Part shown: piece by piece, positions 1-7,881 of the stretch
Numbering within the stretch: position 1 is the stretch's first letter
How the letters are laid out: every line of letters starts with the position of its first letter
Source: an uncultured virus (IMG/VR IMGVR_UViG_3300044701_002172)
Taxonomy: Duplodnaviria; Heunggongvirae; Uroviricota; Caudoviricetes
Virus record (IMG/VR): IMGVR_UViG_3300044701_002172
Span: 108,803 to 128,802 of that record
Strand: one strand, 5' to 3'
Length of the DNA: 20,000 nucleotides
Program-made: the position numbers and the translations under genes
Notes under the pieces: model-generated
What the model saw: the letters and a program-made list of their open reading frames with translations, nothing else
Databases searched by the model: none
Told to the model about the DNA's origin: nothing

Positions 1-392
1 CCCATCTGTTCTTTCATTTGAATACGAATCTCTTCCCATTGTTCAATAGTAGTATTCATATCAACTTCATCAACGTAATTAATTACAAATCCAATAAACT
101 GATGAATATAGTCCATTACATGATGAAAGTCTGTATCTCTCCAATACTCACAAAGAATAGTATTAATTGTTTGTGGAGTTTTAAGAAGATCAATAAGATG
201 ATAGATCTCAATACGTTCAAACTTATATTGATAGGTAGAAGAATACCCATTATCTTCATACCGTTTAACTGTATCTTTCCAATCTTTTAGTTCACGATCA
301 TAAAGACGAAAAGGATTGTAGTCTTGATAAGAAAGTTCATTCGTGATCATTTCCCATTGAGGGAGGCTGAGCCAGATGTTACGACGAGACAT
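1..392 (-). CDS. Hypothetical protein, 3' end runs off the window (MSRRNIWLSLPQWEMITNEL...)
   Basis: Manual translation from ATG at 392 stays open to position 1; lies directly behind the promoter at 416-473; absent from ORF track. Confidence 0.8.
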   Translation of the reverse strand, partial: MSRRNIWLSLPQWEMITNELSYQDYNPFRLYDRELKDWKDTVKRYEDNGYSSTYQYKFERIEIYHLIDLLKTPQTINTILCEYWRDTDFHHVMDYIHQFIGFVINYVDEVDMNTTIEQWEEIRIQMKEQM

Positions 393-415
393 GTGAAGTT
401 GTTTGAACTGAAGTT

Positions 416-473
416 AGTATATGGTGTTTTGTGTGGTGATGGTGGTCATGTGTGCCAGTTTAGGAAGTGGCTG
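416..473 (-). promoter_or_regulatory. Early-type promoter: -10 TATACT plus upstream palindromic box, no consensus -35
   Basis: TATACT at 421..416; box GTGCCAGTT-TAGG-AAGTGGCTG at 452-473 (+ strand reading). Confidence 0.7.
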
Positions 474-482
474 GTGGTAGTA

Positions 483-1052
483 TTATTCCGCTGTTCCTAT
501 ATTAACATCAAACACTACTACCCAACGAGGTGTAGTAATAGGTGTAGTCCAATGGAGAATCTTACCTGGGAAGATCATCACATCACCTTCTTTACATTGT
601 GTCGAAGATACAATACCATCAAAGAGAGGATAAGTATTTGATGAATTGTTTGTTGGTAGGAATTTGGTTGGATTAGGTTCTTCTAGATGTAGGAGATAGA
701 TCCCTGTGAAATCTGATTGATAATGCCTATGAGGATTACAGACTTCATGGGGATCATAATAATTCCACCAGATAGTTTTTACATTAGATTTGACCAGTTT
801 AACCTTGTTTAGATTAGAATCAAATTCTTGTAGCATCTGGTTAAATGGATTCCAGATAGCATCAGTTACAAACTCTTTGTGGAATAGATCAAAATTAACT
901 AGACCACTGGTTGTAATACCTGTACCATTAACTTCACCACGATGAGCACGTTCTTTATCCTTTTCGAGTTTAGGAAGAAGAATATCTTTGTGTTGTTGGT
1001 GATTAGGTACAGATTGATAGAAGAAAAACTCTGGTGTGAATGTGTGAATCAT
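483..1052 (-). CDS. Putative 2OG-Fe(II) oxygenase (2OG-FeII_Oxy_5/TIGR02466-like)
   Basis: Motifs NPHRH..SDFTGIYLL, EGDVMIFPGKILHW, RWVVVFDV match the HxH...H...R pattern of cyanophage 2OG oxygenases. Confidence 0.85.
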   Translation of the reverse strand: MIHTFTPEFFFYQSVPNHQQHKDILLPKLEKDKERAHRGEVNGTGITTSGLVNFDLFHKEFVTDAIWNPFNQMLQEFDSNLNKVKLVKSNVKTIWWNYYDPHEVCNPHRHYQSDFTGIYLLHLEEPNPTKFLPTNNSSNTYPLFDGIVSSTQCKEGDVMIFPGKILHWTTPITTPRWVVVFDVNIGTAE

Positions 1053-1294
1053 TTTGCTTTTCTTTCTTTGTAATCTTTTTTAAGTTCATGCTCATTGTAA
1101 TACAAGAACACTTCATCAGGATACTGACCAATCCATTCAATGTATTCATCACCAATGGCAATGGCATCATCCATACGATTATCTTCCATGAGTTCTTGGA
1201 AGCGATCTTGCATGTATAATAAGATCTGGTCTGATTGCTCAGACACAGATTCATATTCTCTTTCTTGAAGTTGTTGTAGTTCGTGTTCGTTCAT
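1049..1294 (-). CDS. Hypothetical acidic protein
   Basis: 81-aa ORF with ATGA overlaps at both ends. Confidence 0.8.
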   Translation of the reverse strand: MNEHELQQLQEREYESVSEQSDQILLYMQDRFQELMEDNRMDDAIAIGDEYIEWIGQYPDEVFLYYNEHELKKDYKERKAK

Positions 1295-1527
1295 ACAATC
1301 TCCACGGTAATACGATTTGATAAGTGATCATACGAGACAAACTTGTATGGTTGAGGGAGAGATTCTTGAATTGCTTTGGCGAAGTCATTTGGAAAATGCC
1401 CATGATAACGCCAAAAGAGATTAGCTTCTCTTAACGAGAGGGATTCTTTAGGTGATGGTCTGTAGGTGGACTCATCTAATTGTGTCAGACAAAGAAGTTG
1501 CTTGACATGATCTGCTACGATGTTCAT
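1291..1527 (-). CDS. Hypothetical protein
   Basis: 78-aa ORF with ATGA overlaps at both ends. Confidence 0.8.
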   Translation of the reverse strand: MNIVADHVKQLLCLTQLDESTYRPSPKESLSLREANLFWRYHGHFPNDFAKAIQESLPQPYKFVSYDHLSNRITVEIV

Positions 1528-1742
1528 TTGACGTACATGGCTTTAGTGTTTGCTTGAAGAAAATCAACTGCTGCTTTGAACAGGTCATAATCATTAGGCA
1601 GGAGTTCCATCCAGTCAATTAAATCAAATGAATCCCAGTCTACTGTACCATCTGGATTCATGTCACAAATAACTGGTGTACCCATTTGATCAATCATAAT
1701 AGCTTGACCATTAATTACGAAATACATTTCGTCGTGTTCCAT
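1524..1742 (-). CDS. Hypothetical protein
   Basis: 72-aa ORF, GGAGG Shine-Dalgarno just upstream, first gene after the promoter at 1767-1795. Confidence 0.8.
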   Translation of the reverse strand: MEHDEMYFVINGQAIMIDQMGTPVICDMNPDGTVDWDSFDLIDWMELLPNDYDLFKAAVDFLQANTKAMYVK

Positions 1743-1766
1743 GTTCCTCCGTTGTTGTGTGATGAT

Positions 1767-1795
1767 AGTGTAGCAGGGTTTCAGGCAGGTGTCAA
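1767..1795 (-). promoter_or_regulatory. Consensus sigma70-type early promoter
   Basis: TTGACA (1795..1790), 17-bp spacer, TGn-extended TACACT (1772..1767) in an intergenic gap. Confidence 0.8.
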
Positions 1796-1798
1796 GCG

Positions 1799-2059
1799 TT
1801 ATGCTTCATACTCTTTGATGACCACATTCTTTTGTGCTGGATACATTTCTTGTTTGTGTAGCACAAAATCAATAAACTTCTCCACACGATCCAAACAGGT
1901 ATCATGTGATTGCATCATCATTTCTTGTGAATACATCAATGGAAGAATTAGATCTTTGTTACAATCAATCCAAATACCGAGTCGTTTGATCTGAGCATGA
2001 TACCAAAACACATTCGATTGACCCAAAAGTGATGGACGTTGCTGAATTCTCAGTTTCAT
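1799..2059 (-). CDS. Hypothetical protein
   Basis: 86-aa ORF with ATGA overlap. Confidence 0.75.
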   Translation of the reverse strand: MKLRIQQRPSLLGQSNVFWYHAQIKRLGIWIDCNKDLILPLMYSQEMMMQSHDTCLDRVEKFIDFVLHKQEMYPAQKNVVIKEYEA

Positions 2060-2349
2060 GGCTGTGTTTCAGTTGGTGCTTGTGGGGCTACTGGAGGGGC
2101 TGGAGGGATTTGTGGCGTGGGTGGCAGCTGAGTTGCTGCTGGAGCCTGTTGTAGGGGCTCCTGGATGGGTGTGGAGAGCTTTTCTTCTAGTTTCTGCTCC
2201 AACTGTGTTAGTTTCTGCTCAATAGCAGGCTGTGGCTCCTCTGGTTTGTAGTCTGGTTGAGTTTGTGCTAGTTTCCAACCAGCAGCACCAGCACCAAAGA
2301 TACTAGCCAGTGCTGCTACTGTTGAAATAGTAGATTGAAACTTACTCAT
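2056..2349 (-). CDS. Membrane-anchored protein with short coiled coil and Pro/Gln-rich tail
   Basis: N-terminal hydrophobic stretch ISTVAALASIFGAGAAGW, EQKLTQLEQKLEEKL heptads, PPTPQIPPAPPVAPQAP tail. Confidence 0.8.
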   Translation of the reverse strand: MSKFQSTISTVAALASIFGAGAAGWKLAQTQPDYKPEEPQPAIEQKLTQLEQKLEEKLSTPIQEPLQQAPAATQLPPTPQIPPAPPVAPQAPTETQP

Positions 2350-2533
2350 TTTTGTTGTTAATGATTGCTTTCAGTTCATAGATGGCGTTGCTTACAGTCG
2401 CCTCAAGATAACCATAACAATAGGGATAACCATGCTCATTTTGAATGGCAGGGTTCTTTGTCACCTTAAGAGCATCCTCAAGACCTTCCAGAATGGTTTC
2501 CAGATGCCAGGTGGTGACTTTGGTGGTGCTCAT
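2342..2533 (-). CDS. Hypothetical protein
   Basis: 63-aa ORF directly after the promoter at 2556. Confidence 0.8.
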   Translation of the reverse strand: MSTTKVTTWHLETILEGLEDALKVTKNPAIQNEHGYPYCYGYLEATVSNAIYELKAIINNKNE

Positions 2534-2553
2534 GTCTGTTGTGTGAACTGAGA

Positions 2554-2709
2554 TCAGTCTACAACGCTCAGGTCATCCAGCAGATCCTCTGGGACAGTTT
2601 CAAAACTGGTCTCCATCCATTGATCCTCAGCATTCCGTAAGATATTCTTACGAACGCTGTAATCATCATAATAGTATTCAGTTGTTTCAAAATCAGAAAA
2701 ATAAGTCAT
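2554..2709 (-). CDS. Small acidic hypothetical protein (51 aa, MTYFSDFETTEYYYDDYSVRKN...)
   Basis: Manual translation; ATGA overlap with the upstream gene; fills the gap; below ORF-track cutoff. Confidence 0.65.
   Translation of the reverse strand: MTYFSDFETTEYYYDDYSVRKNILRNAEDQWMETSFETVPEDLLDDLSVVD
2556..2612 (-). promoter_or_regulatory. Early-type promoter: -10 TAGACT plus palindromic box, embedded in the 3' end of the upstream CDS
   Basis: TAGACT 2561..2556; box GGGACAGTT-TCAA-AACTGGTCT 2591-2612; shares the TCAGTTCA leader with other promoters. Confidence 0.65.
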
Positions 2710-2897
2710 GATTCGTGGGAATGATTACCGTTTACAAGTTCAAGTTCGTGTTGTTGATTTTTATAGACGAGCATACAAACATCTCGTCTTGGATCATCAG
2801 GAAAATGGCGAACACATACAGTCATGTATTCGTCACAGGTAAATTTTACTTTACCATACAATCCTCTATAATATACCTCTGTTCCTTCTGGCAGCAT
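2706..2897 (-). CDS. Hypothetical protein (probable start MLPEGTEVYY)
   Basis: ORF track 2706..2924; start moved to 2897 to reduce overlap. Confidence 0.75.
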   Translation of the reverse strand: MLPEGTEVYYRGLYGKVKFTCDEYMTVCVRHFPDDPRRDVCMLVYKNQQHELELVNGNHSHES

Positions 2898-3129
2898 ATT
2901 CGTACTCAGTAACTGGTGTTTCATTTACACTGCTGCCAACATTATCAGGATACATGGTTTGTACAATGTACAATGCTTGGTAATAGCTTGCTGCTACCAC
3001 ATACACATCAGCATCAATGGTGCTTGGTGCTTCATCTGGAGCATCTTGTAAAGGTAATGATACCTCCGCAAGATACACATGCCCATTTCTTAGGCTATTA
3101 TCAAAATCAACAACCATATCAGACATCAT
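2866..3129 (-). CDS. Hypothetical protein
   Basis: 87-aa ORF in the co-oriented gene string. Confidence 0.75.
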   Translation of the reverse strand: MMSDMVVDFDNSLRNGHVYLAEVSLPLQDAPDEAPSTIDADVYVVAASYYQALYIVQTMYPDNVGSSVNETPVTEYEYAARRNRGIL

Positions 3130-3289
3130 ATTCTTTGTTTAATTGAGATGATAGTTCAAAACGTATTTCTTCAAGCTCTTCACGAAGATGCTTGATTTCT
3201 TTTTGAAGACCAATGATCTCACCTTGCTGTGTCTTGATTAACTCAGCGTACTCTACGATAAGAGCTTCTGCTTGTTCTAGACTAGTCAT
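3119..3289 (-). CDS. Small coiled-coil protein (MTSLEQAEALIVEYAEL...)
   Basis: Heptad pattern IIGLQKEIKHLREELEEI; ATG at 3289 preceded by AGGA. Confidence 0.75.
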   Translation of the reverse strand: MTSLEQAEALIVEYAELIKTQQGEIIGLQKEIKHLREELEEIRFELSSQLNKEYDV

Positions 3290-3290
3290 G

Positions 3291-3407
3291 TTAGTTCCTA
3301 GAGGACAAATGATATTTAGTGTGTTCAATGTTACTGATTTGTGACTCTCGTTGTAGTGTATATTGTGCTACACCAAGAGCAATCAAAGCAATCATGATTG
3401 ATTTCAT
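3291..3407 (-). CDS. Small protein with hydrophobic N-terminus (38 aa, MKSIMIALIALGVAQY...)
   Basis: Manual translation; ATGA overlap at 3404-3407; stop 1 bp before the next ATG. Confidence 0.55.
   Translation of the reverse strand: MKSIMIALIALGVAQYTLQRESQISNIEHTKYHLSSRN
3313..3319 (-). promoter_or_regulatory. Possible T4-type late promoter variant (CTAAATA)
   Basis: CTAAATA about 23 nt upstream of the ATG at 3289; short motif, chance match possible. Confidence 0.35.
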
Positions 3408-3613
3408 CCCATACCTCGTGGAAATTGATGCTTACAATCAGGACACAGCCAATAGGCAATACGATCTTCGTGAATAGGTTCTACACCAATCACTCGTGAA
3501 AAGAAATACGGAGCTGAATAGTATTGTCGATACTCTTTGGGGATAGGTTTATCCACCCAGTTTGCCCCACATTCAGGACAGTTCCGCATTTTGGTAATAC
3601 ATGTGTATTTCAT
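3404..3613 (-). CDS. Zinc-ribbon protein
   Basis: CPEC and CPDC pairs. Confidence 0.8.
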   Translation of the reverse strand: MKYTCITKMRNCPECGANWVDKPIPKEYRQYYSAPYFFSRVIGVEPIHEDRIAYWLCPDCKHQFPRGMG

Positions 3614-3733
3614 TTACATAAACTCCGCCATGTAATAATCAACAGTCACCTCAAGTTCCGCGGCTTTCTCCTCAATGGCAGCCATGAATGCGGAATCAAT
3701 GTCCAGTTGATCGTGCTTTTGTTGTTCAGTCAT
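3614..3733 (-). CDS. Small cyanophage-type protein (39 aa, ...IEEKAAELEVTVDYYMAEFM)
   Basis: 3' part of track ORF 3614..3889; ATG at 3733 overlaps the upstream stop; the C-terminal motif is familiar from cyanomyovirus hypotheticals. Confidence 0.7.
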   Translation of the reverse strand: MTEQQKHDQLDIDSAFMAAIEEKAAELEVTVDYYMAEFM

Positions 3734-3899
3734 TGGTTTCAAGAGCTTCCCAAGCAGTAAATAGTTTAGCATGGAGTTCGTTTCCGTCAACTTGTGTGTG
3801 ATTTTCGAGATGAACTTGGACAAGTTTGTTGAGGTATTGGAGAGAACCGATAAGATAGTTAAGTTCTCCAGCACTGAGACGTACATCAACCTCAGGCAT
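3726..3899 (-). CDS. Hypothetical protein (MPEVDVRLSAGEL...)
   Basis: Track ORF 3726..3938; start moved to 3899. Confidence 0.7.
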   Translation of the reverse strand: MPEVDVRLSAGELNYLIGSLQYLNKLVQVHLENHTQVDGNELHAKLFTAWEALETND

Positions 3900-4083
3900 C
3901 GTATCCAGCATAGCGTAGCATGGCTCGGCGGGCATCATAAGCAGTCAACTCATTGGGGTAGACTCCAAGGCAGTGGCGAGTCTCACGATCAATGATCTCC
4001 CACTTGCTGGTGCCAATCCTACCACGAACGATCATGGGGTTGTCAATGCCCAGGGGGTAGGGCTTCTTGGTGGTGGTGCTCAT
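3892..4083 (-). CDS. Hypothetical protein
   Basis: 63-aa ORF with AGGGAG SD, first gene after the promoter at 4109-4142. Confidence 0.8.
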   Translation of the reverse strand: MSTTTKKPYPLGIDNPMIVRGRIGTSKWEIIDRETRHCLGVYPNELTAYDARRAMLRYAGYDA

Positions 4084-4108
4084 AGGGATCTCCCTTGACT
4101 ACCCTCGT

Positions 4109-4142
4109 ATCATAGCACAAAAAAGGGGCTGGTCAAGCCCCC
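4109..4142 (-). promoter_or_regulatory. Sigma70-type promoter whose -35 lies in a GC hairpin; probable terminator for the upstream gene as well
   Basis: GGGGCT-TGACC-AGCCCC-TTTTTT; TTGACC (4136..4131), 16-bp spacer, TGn-TATGAT (4114..4109). Confidence 0.8.
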
Positions 4143-4149
4143 GAATCAT

Positions 4150-4371
4150 TTAAAATTTTAATGTATACAAATGTGTATGATCATGATAATGTTGGGATGC
4201 TGTAGTTGTATCAAAATGTGTCAATTCATAATTGTTTTCGACACACCATTTCTTCACTCGATTGTAGACAGTATTTGCTTTTTCGCATGTGCTCTCACCA
4301 TATTGTATCAGTTCGTTGTTGTCTTGATCAAGATAGTGAAGCTCGAAATACCAATGAAAGGGAATTGCCAT
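4150..4371 (-). CDS. Hypothetical protein
   Basis: 73-aa ORF with its own promoter upstream and a terminator hairpin downstream. Confidence 0.75.
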   Translation of the reverse strand: MAIPFHWYFELHYLDQDNNELIQYGESTCEKANTVYNRVKKWCVENNYELTHFDTTTASQHYHDHTHLYTLKF

Positions 4372-4392
4372 TGTGGTAATTTGATCTGATTT

Positions 4393-4421
4393 AGTTTACC
4401 AATGTTGTTGGTGGTTGTCAA
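4393..4421 (-). promoter_or_regulatory. Sigma70-type early promoter
   Basis: TTGACA (4421..4416), 17-bp spacer, TAAACT (4398..4393), intergenic. Confidence 0.75.
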
Positions 4422-4442
4422 CCGACATAAGTTAATTTAATA

Positions 4443-6467
4443 CTATTCAGCGTTTCCTATTAGATAATATGGGGTTGACCTAAAACCAAGAGCATCTGAT
4501 ATACTGCCATACTTCTTCTGACCAGCTTTCTTTCCAGATTTATAGAGACCAGCTGGCTCTAGTGTAAAAATCTTAGATCCTTTCTTTGTAATTAGACCAT
4601 ATATGGTCATTGCTATTTGTTTCTTAAAATAATGATTTAATTGTGATGTGCCACCACTCATGAAAAACCACAACGCTTCTAGTTTTGCTACTCTATTCTC
4701 TTGATGAGTGACCTTAGAGTATTGTTTTATTGCTCTTCTTTGTTTACCTGATTGTGTCTTTGATCCATAATTATAAGCATCTCTAGTTGATTTTGGTAGT
4801 AAGCTTTCAATCTTTTCATTTGATATATCTCTACCAAATTGACCTAAAGCAGCCCAGATTTCTTTGATTTCTTTTTCATCACTATTAGAAGATCCTGTTA
4901 TGCTCTTGTCTATTAATAACGAATTTAATGTCACTAAGTACAATCCATAGATGTTATTCTTTAATGTATTGTCAGCAATGTTTTTGGGTAATAAACTGTT
5001 GATAGACAATTTTATTTGCTCTTGATCTCTAGACTCATTGATAATTGTTTGTTTGTTTAATACTTGAGGAAATTTGTTACTTGGAACCGTGACACCAATG
5101 GCAGCCATAGCAGCAGCAAATGCCATCTTTCTCTTTTGTATTATTTGATTGAATATAGTTCTTGTGCCTGGATACTTTTTCAATATATCTGCTACCAGAG
5201 TAAAACCAGCCCCACCTGTGTATGCTCCAATAACTCTACCTTCTCTATTAGTTGGTAAAGCATTCCATGTCATAGAAGCAGTGACAAGACTATAATGTTC
5301 ATCTGTTAATACTATGTTTCTATCCTTTAATCTTGGTATGTTTTGTGATAGATTTGAATAGTTAAAACTAAAATTTACAGCGAAAGTTTCTATAGTATGC
5401 TTGTAATCTATTTTATTAATTGTAACAAGTGTTTCAATCTCTTTCTTCAATGTGTTTGGATCATTGATACCAGAAAAGTAATCAATTATCTCAGTATATT
5501 CATCAACTAATTCATCCAACTCAGGTGGAAGATTTTGTGACATTCCAGTAAGATATACTGTTGGATTTTCTGATATACTTTTCTTCAATGAAATTGGTAT
5601 GACAGCTTTTGTTGTTATCAGTCTACGGGTTAATAAATTAAAACTGGCGGCATTTGAAACTTCTCCACTAACAATCTTATCAGTTTCTTTCTTATATGAA
5701 TCGATTGTTGATTTAAATGAGGATGTTTTGATAGCATAAATGTCTGCTGGGTTGAGCATGTCAGCTCTAGTATTAATTCCTTGCTCAGCAATGATTCTCA
5801 AACATGCTTCAGTCAGTGGAATGTCTTTAACAAGTCTAACATGATAACTTGTTGAATGACAATAAATGTATGAGGCATATCCTCCTTGTATTATATTTTT
5901 GCTTTTTAGTGCTTTGGCTGTCCAGAAAGCACTCTTGACCCAGCTCAAAGCATCTTCGTTCTCGCCAGAGAAAATGTATAACTTATTTTGGAGAGAAGAT
6001 TTTGATGTTGACCTACCACCAACCAAAGATGATTTTTTATTTTTAAATGTATCTACTTTCTTAACTAATCCTTCTTGTTTCTTTTTAAATGATGCTAAAT
6101 CTCGTAAGTCTTTTTTTGTTCTTGTATCAACTTTCTTTCTTGTGATTGTCTTTATGCTTTGCTTCAATTGATGTAATTCTTCTAATGTAGATAATATAGA
6201 AGAATTGAGCAATGGTAATGCTTCGTGTATAGATCTCAGATGTTTCTTTTGTGTGTCGCTTAAACTAGATGAGATTAGAGGATATGAAATATATCTATTG
6301 TATTTTGTGTATTTGTCTTCACACAAAGCATCTATTAATCCGTCTATTGATGGCTCTTGTCCTCTGGTTTCACATACAGCAAAATAAGCCAAGGCAAAAC
6401 AATGAACCATTTCCTTGGCTGTAGTGTCTCTGCTTAAACTAAAATCACCCTGATATCTTTCTCTCAT
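4443..6467 (-). CDS. Large basic protein, putative PD-(D/E)XK-like nuclease fold
   Basis: 674-aa ORF; motifs TAKEMVHC, WVKSA, NPADIY...IPISLKK resemble the E...(P)AD...SLK variant of the restriction-endonuclease-like fold; function is inference. Confidence 0.55.
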   Translation of the reverse strand: MRERYQGDFSLSRDTTAKEMVHCFALAYFAVCETRGQEPSIDGLIDALCEDKYTKYNRYISYPLISSSLSDTQKKHLRSIHEALPLLNSSILSTLEELHQLKQSIKTITRKKVDTRTKKDLRDLASFKKKQEGLVKKVDTFKNKKSSLVGGRSTSKSSLQNKLYIFSGENEDALSWVKSAFWTAKALKSKNIIQGGYASYIYCHSTSYHVRLVKDIPLTEACLRIIAEQGINTRADMLNPADIYAIKTSSFKSTIDSYKKETDKIVSGEVSNAASFNLLTRRLITTKAVIPISLKKSISENPTVYLTGMSQNLPPELDELVDEYTEIIDYFSGINDPNTLKKEIETLVTINKIDYKHTIETFAVNFSFNYSNLSQNIPRLKDRNIVLTDEHYSLVTASMTWNALPTNREGRVIGAYTGGAGFTLVADILKKYPGTRTIFNQIIQKRKMAFAAAMAAIGVTVPSNKFPQVLNKQTIINESRDQEQIKLSINSLLPKNIADNTLKNNIYGLYLVTLNSLLIDKSITGSSNSDEKEIKEIWAALGQFGRDISNEKIESLLPKSTRDAYNYGSKTQSGKQRRAIKQYSKVTHQENRVAKLEALWFFMSGGTSQLNHYFKKQIAMTIYGLITKKGSKIFTLEPAGLYKSGKKAGQKKYGSISDALGFRSTPYYLIGNAE

Positions 6468-6485
6468 TGTAGAAGCGATTTTTAG

Positions 6486-6656
6486 TTATTTATTTTTCTT
6501 TCTGGTTCTTGTGGGTTTATTCAGTTTTTCTCTATGTTTCTTTAGTGCTTCGATAGCTTGCTCATCAGTCTTGTGATCACTGATTTGAAAGCCATTGTGT
6601 ATTAAAACAAAACGGTTCCCCCAGGGAACCGTAGCATATCCATCTTTAGTTATCAT
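6486..6656 (-). CDS. Small basic protein (56 aa, MITKDGYATVPWGNRFVLIHNG...)
   Basis: Manual translation; AGGA before ATG; the TKDG..A.VP.G...IHNG pattern is familiar from cyanophage hypotheticals. Confidence 0.7.
   Translation of the reverse strand: MITKDGYATVPWGNRFVLIHNGFQISDHKTDEQAIEALKKHREKLNKPTRTRKKNK
6487..6494 (-). promoter_or_regulatory. T4-type late promoter (AATAAATA)
   Basis: NATAAATA match about 19 nt upstream of the ATG at 6467. Confidence 0.55.
6604..6632 (-). terminator. Candidate intrinsic terminator inside a small CDS
   Basis: Perfect 9-bp stem ACGGTTCCC-TGG-GGGAACCGT followed by TTTGTTTT on the minus strand. Confidence 0.55.
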
Positions 6657-6813
6657 ATCCTAATCGTTCTCTACAGTATTTAAACCTCCCCCATTCCTCG
6701 TCAGTGAAGTTATCGCTAGCATATGGGATACCCACTACATAAGCACAGAATCGGTTGATTTGCTCGGATTGATTGCTAGAAGCAATAACAGCACTGGCGA
6801 GGAGTTCAATCAT
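6646..6813 (-). CDS. Small protein (55 aa, MIELLASAVIASSNQSEQINRFCAYVVGIPYASDNF...)
   Basis: Manual translation; ATGA overlap with the upstream gene. Confidence 0.7.
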   Translation of the reverse strand: MIELLASAVIASSNQSEQINRFCAYVVGIPYASDNFTDEEWGRFKYCRERLGYDN

Positions 6814-7217
6814 TTGTTCATTTGGAGAGTAGGGACGGGCATTCCACCTTCGGTGGGCACATAGATGGTCACGTTACCTTTCTGTGAACCTTCTTCAATA
6901 CCAGTGATATACAGATACTGAAGATACTCACGATTGTCCTTCAGACTATCACCAATGATTTGGTTTGCCTTAGCAACACCACCAGCACGAATAATCTCTG
7001 CTTCAGCAAGTTGTTGAGCAGAATCTTTCTTTGCTTGTGCTTCAAGCACTGCTACCTGACGGGTATATTCTGCTTTCTGTAGTTCTGCTTTACCAGCAAG
7101 AGATTGTGACCACACATTATAGATAGGACCACCCAAAAAAAGAACGGCGGCACCAACAATTACAATTGCACCTACAACAACAGCAGCAGGGTCAATAAAT
7201 CCGTTTTGTTTGTTCAT
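6810..7217 (-). CDS. Membrane-anchored coiled-coil protein resembling the SPFH/prohibitin C-terminal region
   Basis: N-terminal TM helix, then AEAEIIRAGGVAKANQII...YLQYL and TIYVPT, typical of band-7 family tails. Confidence 0.7.
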   Translation of the reverse strand: MNKQNGFIDPAAVVVGAIVIVGAAVLFLGGPIYNVWSQSLAGKAELQKAEYTRQVAVLEAQAKKDSAQQLAEAEIIRAGGVAKANQIIGDSLKDNREYLQYLYITGIEEGSQKGNVTIYVPTEGGMPVPTLQMNK

Positions 7218-7336
7218 TTGTCATCCTCCAGAGTAGATTTCAGTAGTTCGTCCACAACACGACGAGCACGATAGTTTTGAATAATATCCATCACACAATA
7301 GCCAAAGGCAAATCCTGCCATAATACTAGTAATCAT
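7214..7336 (-). CDS. Small membrane protein (40 aa, MITSIMAGFAFGYCVMDII...)
   Basis: Manual translation; ATGA overlaps at both ends. Confidence 0.7.
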   Translation of the reverse strand: MITSIMAGFAFGYCVMDIIQNYRARRVVDELLKSTLEDDK

Positions 7337-7599
7337 AGTGCTTGTACCTCTTCCATAATGTTTTCCACATCTATCTCATCACGATGACCCATAACGTCAT
7401 CAGTGACAGTAGTATCATAGCACAGATCGTAGCCATCCTCGTTACCTTGAATGACTGCTACCTCGTACAAATCTTGCTCGTAACCATATGAACCAGGAAA
7501 ACGAACAACGCTCACGCCATAACCATTAGGAAAGAAATGACGAGCTTGAACACCACCATCAATAGAATGTGGTTTGAAATTAAGATCAGTGAATTTCAT
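7333..7599 (-). CDS. Conserved phage hypothetical protein (FPNGYGVSV...LYEVAV type)
   Basis: Recognisable motif of a widespread small phage protein family; function unknown. Confidence 0.8.
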   Translation of the reverse strand: MKFTDLNFKPHSIDGGVQARHFFPNGYGVSVVRFPGSYGYEQDLYEVAVIQGNEDGYDLCYDTTVTDDVMGHRDEIDVENIMEEVQAL

Positions 7600-7879
7600 T
7601 GTCAGAATTAATGTTGAAACGATCAGACCAAGCAGTGTTGAACCTCTCTCGGAGGTTCTCGATCATAGTATAGCGTTGAACCAGCTCGCTGTCAATAGGC
7701 ATGTCACCGATGCCATACGGACAGGCAAAATCTATCATGGTTTCTGCTTGACACAAAATGTCACACATCATCTCATGCTCAGCGTAAGTGAGAGTCACAA
7801 TAACATCATTTTGATCAATGTGACTATCATCTGTGGTATCCTCAACAACAGGATAGTTGGCAACAGAAAGGGCAATCAT
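7586..7879 (-). CDS. Hypothetical acidic protein
   Basis: 97-aa ORF in the gene string. Confidence 0.75.
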   Translation of the reverse strand: MIALSVANYPVVEDTTDDSHIDQNDVIVTLTYAEHEMMCDILCQAETMIDFACPYGIGDMPIDSELVQRYTMIENLRERFNTAWSDRFNINSDNEIH

Positions 7880-7881
7880 GA

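Noticed and set aside
3353..3371. G-U-rich plus-strand hairpin GTAGTGTA-TAT-TGTGCTAC as an ncRNA
   Set aside because: Weak stem, antisense to a small ORF, no promoter or terminator support
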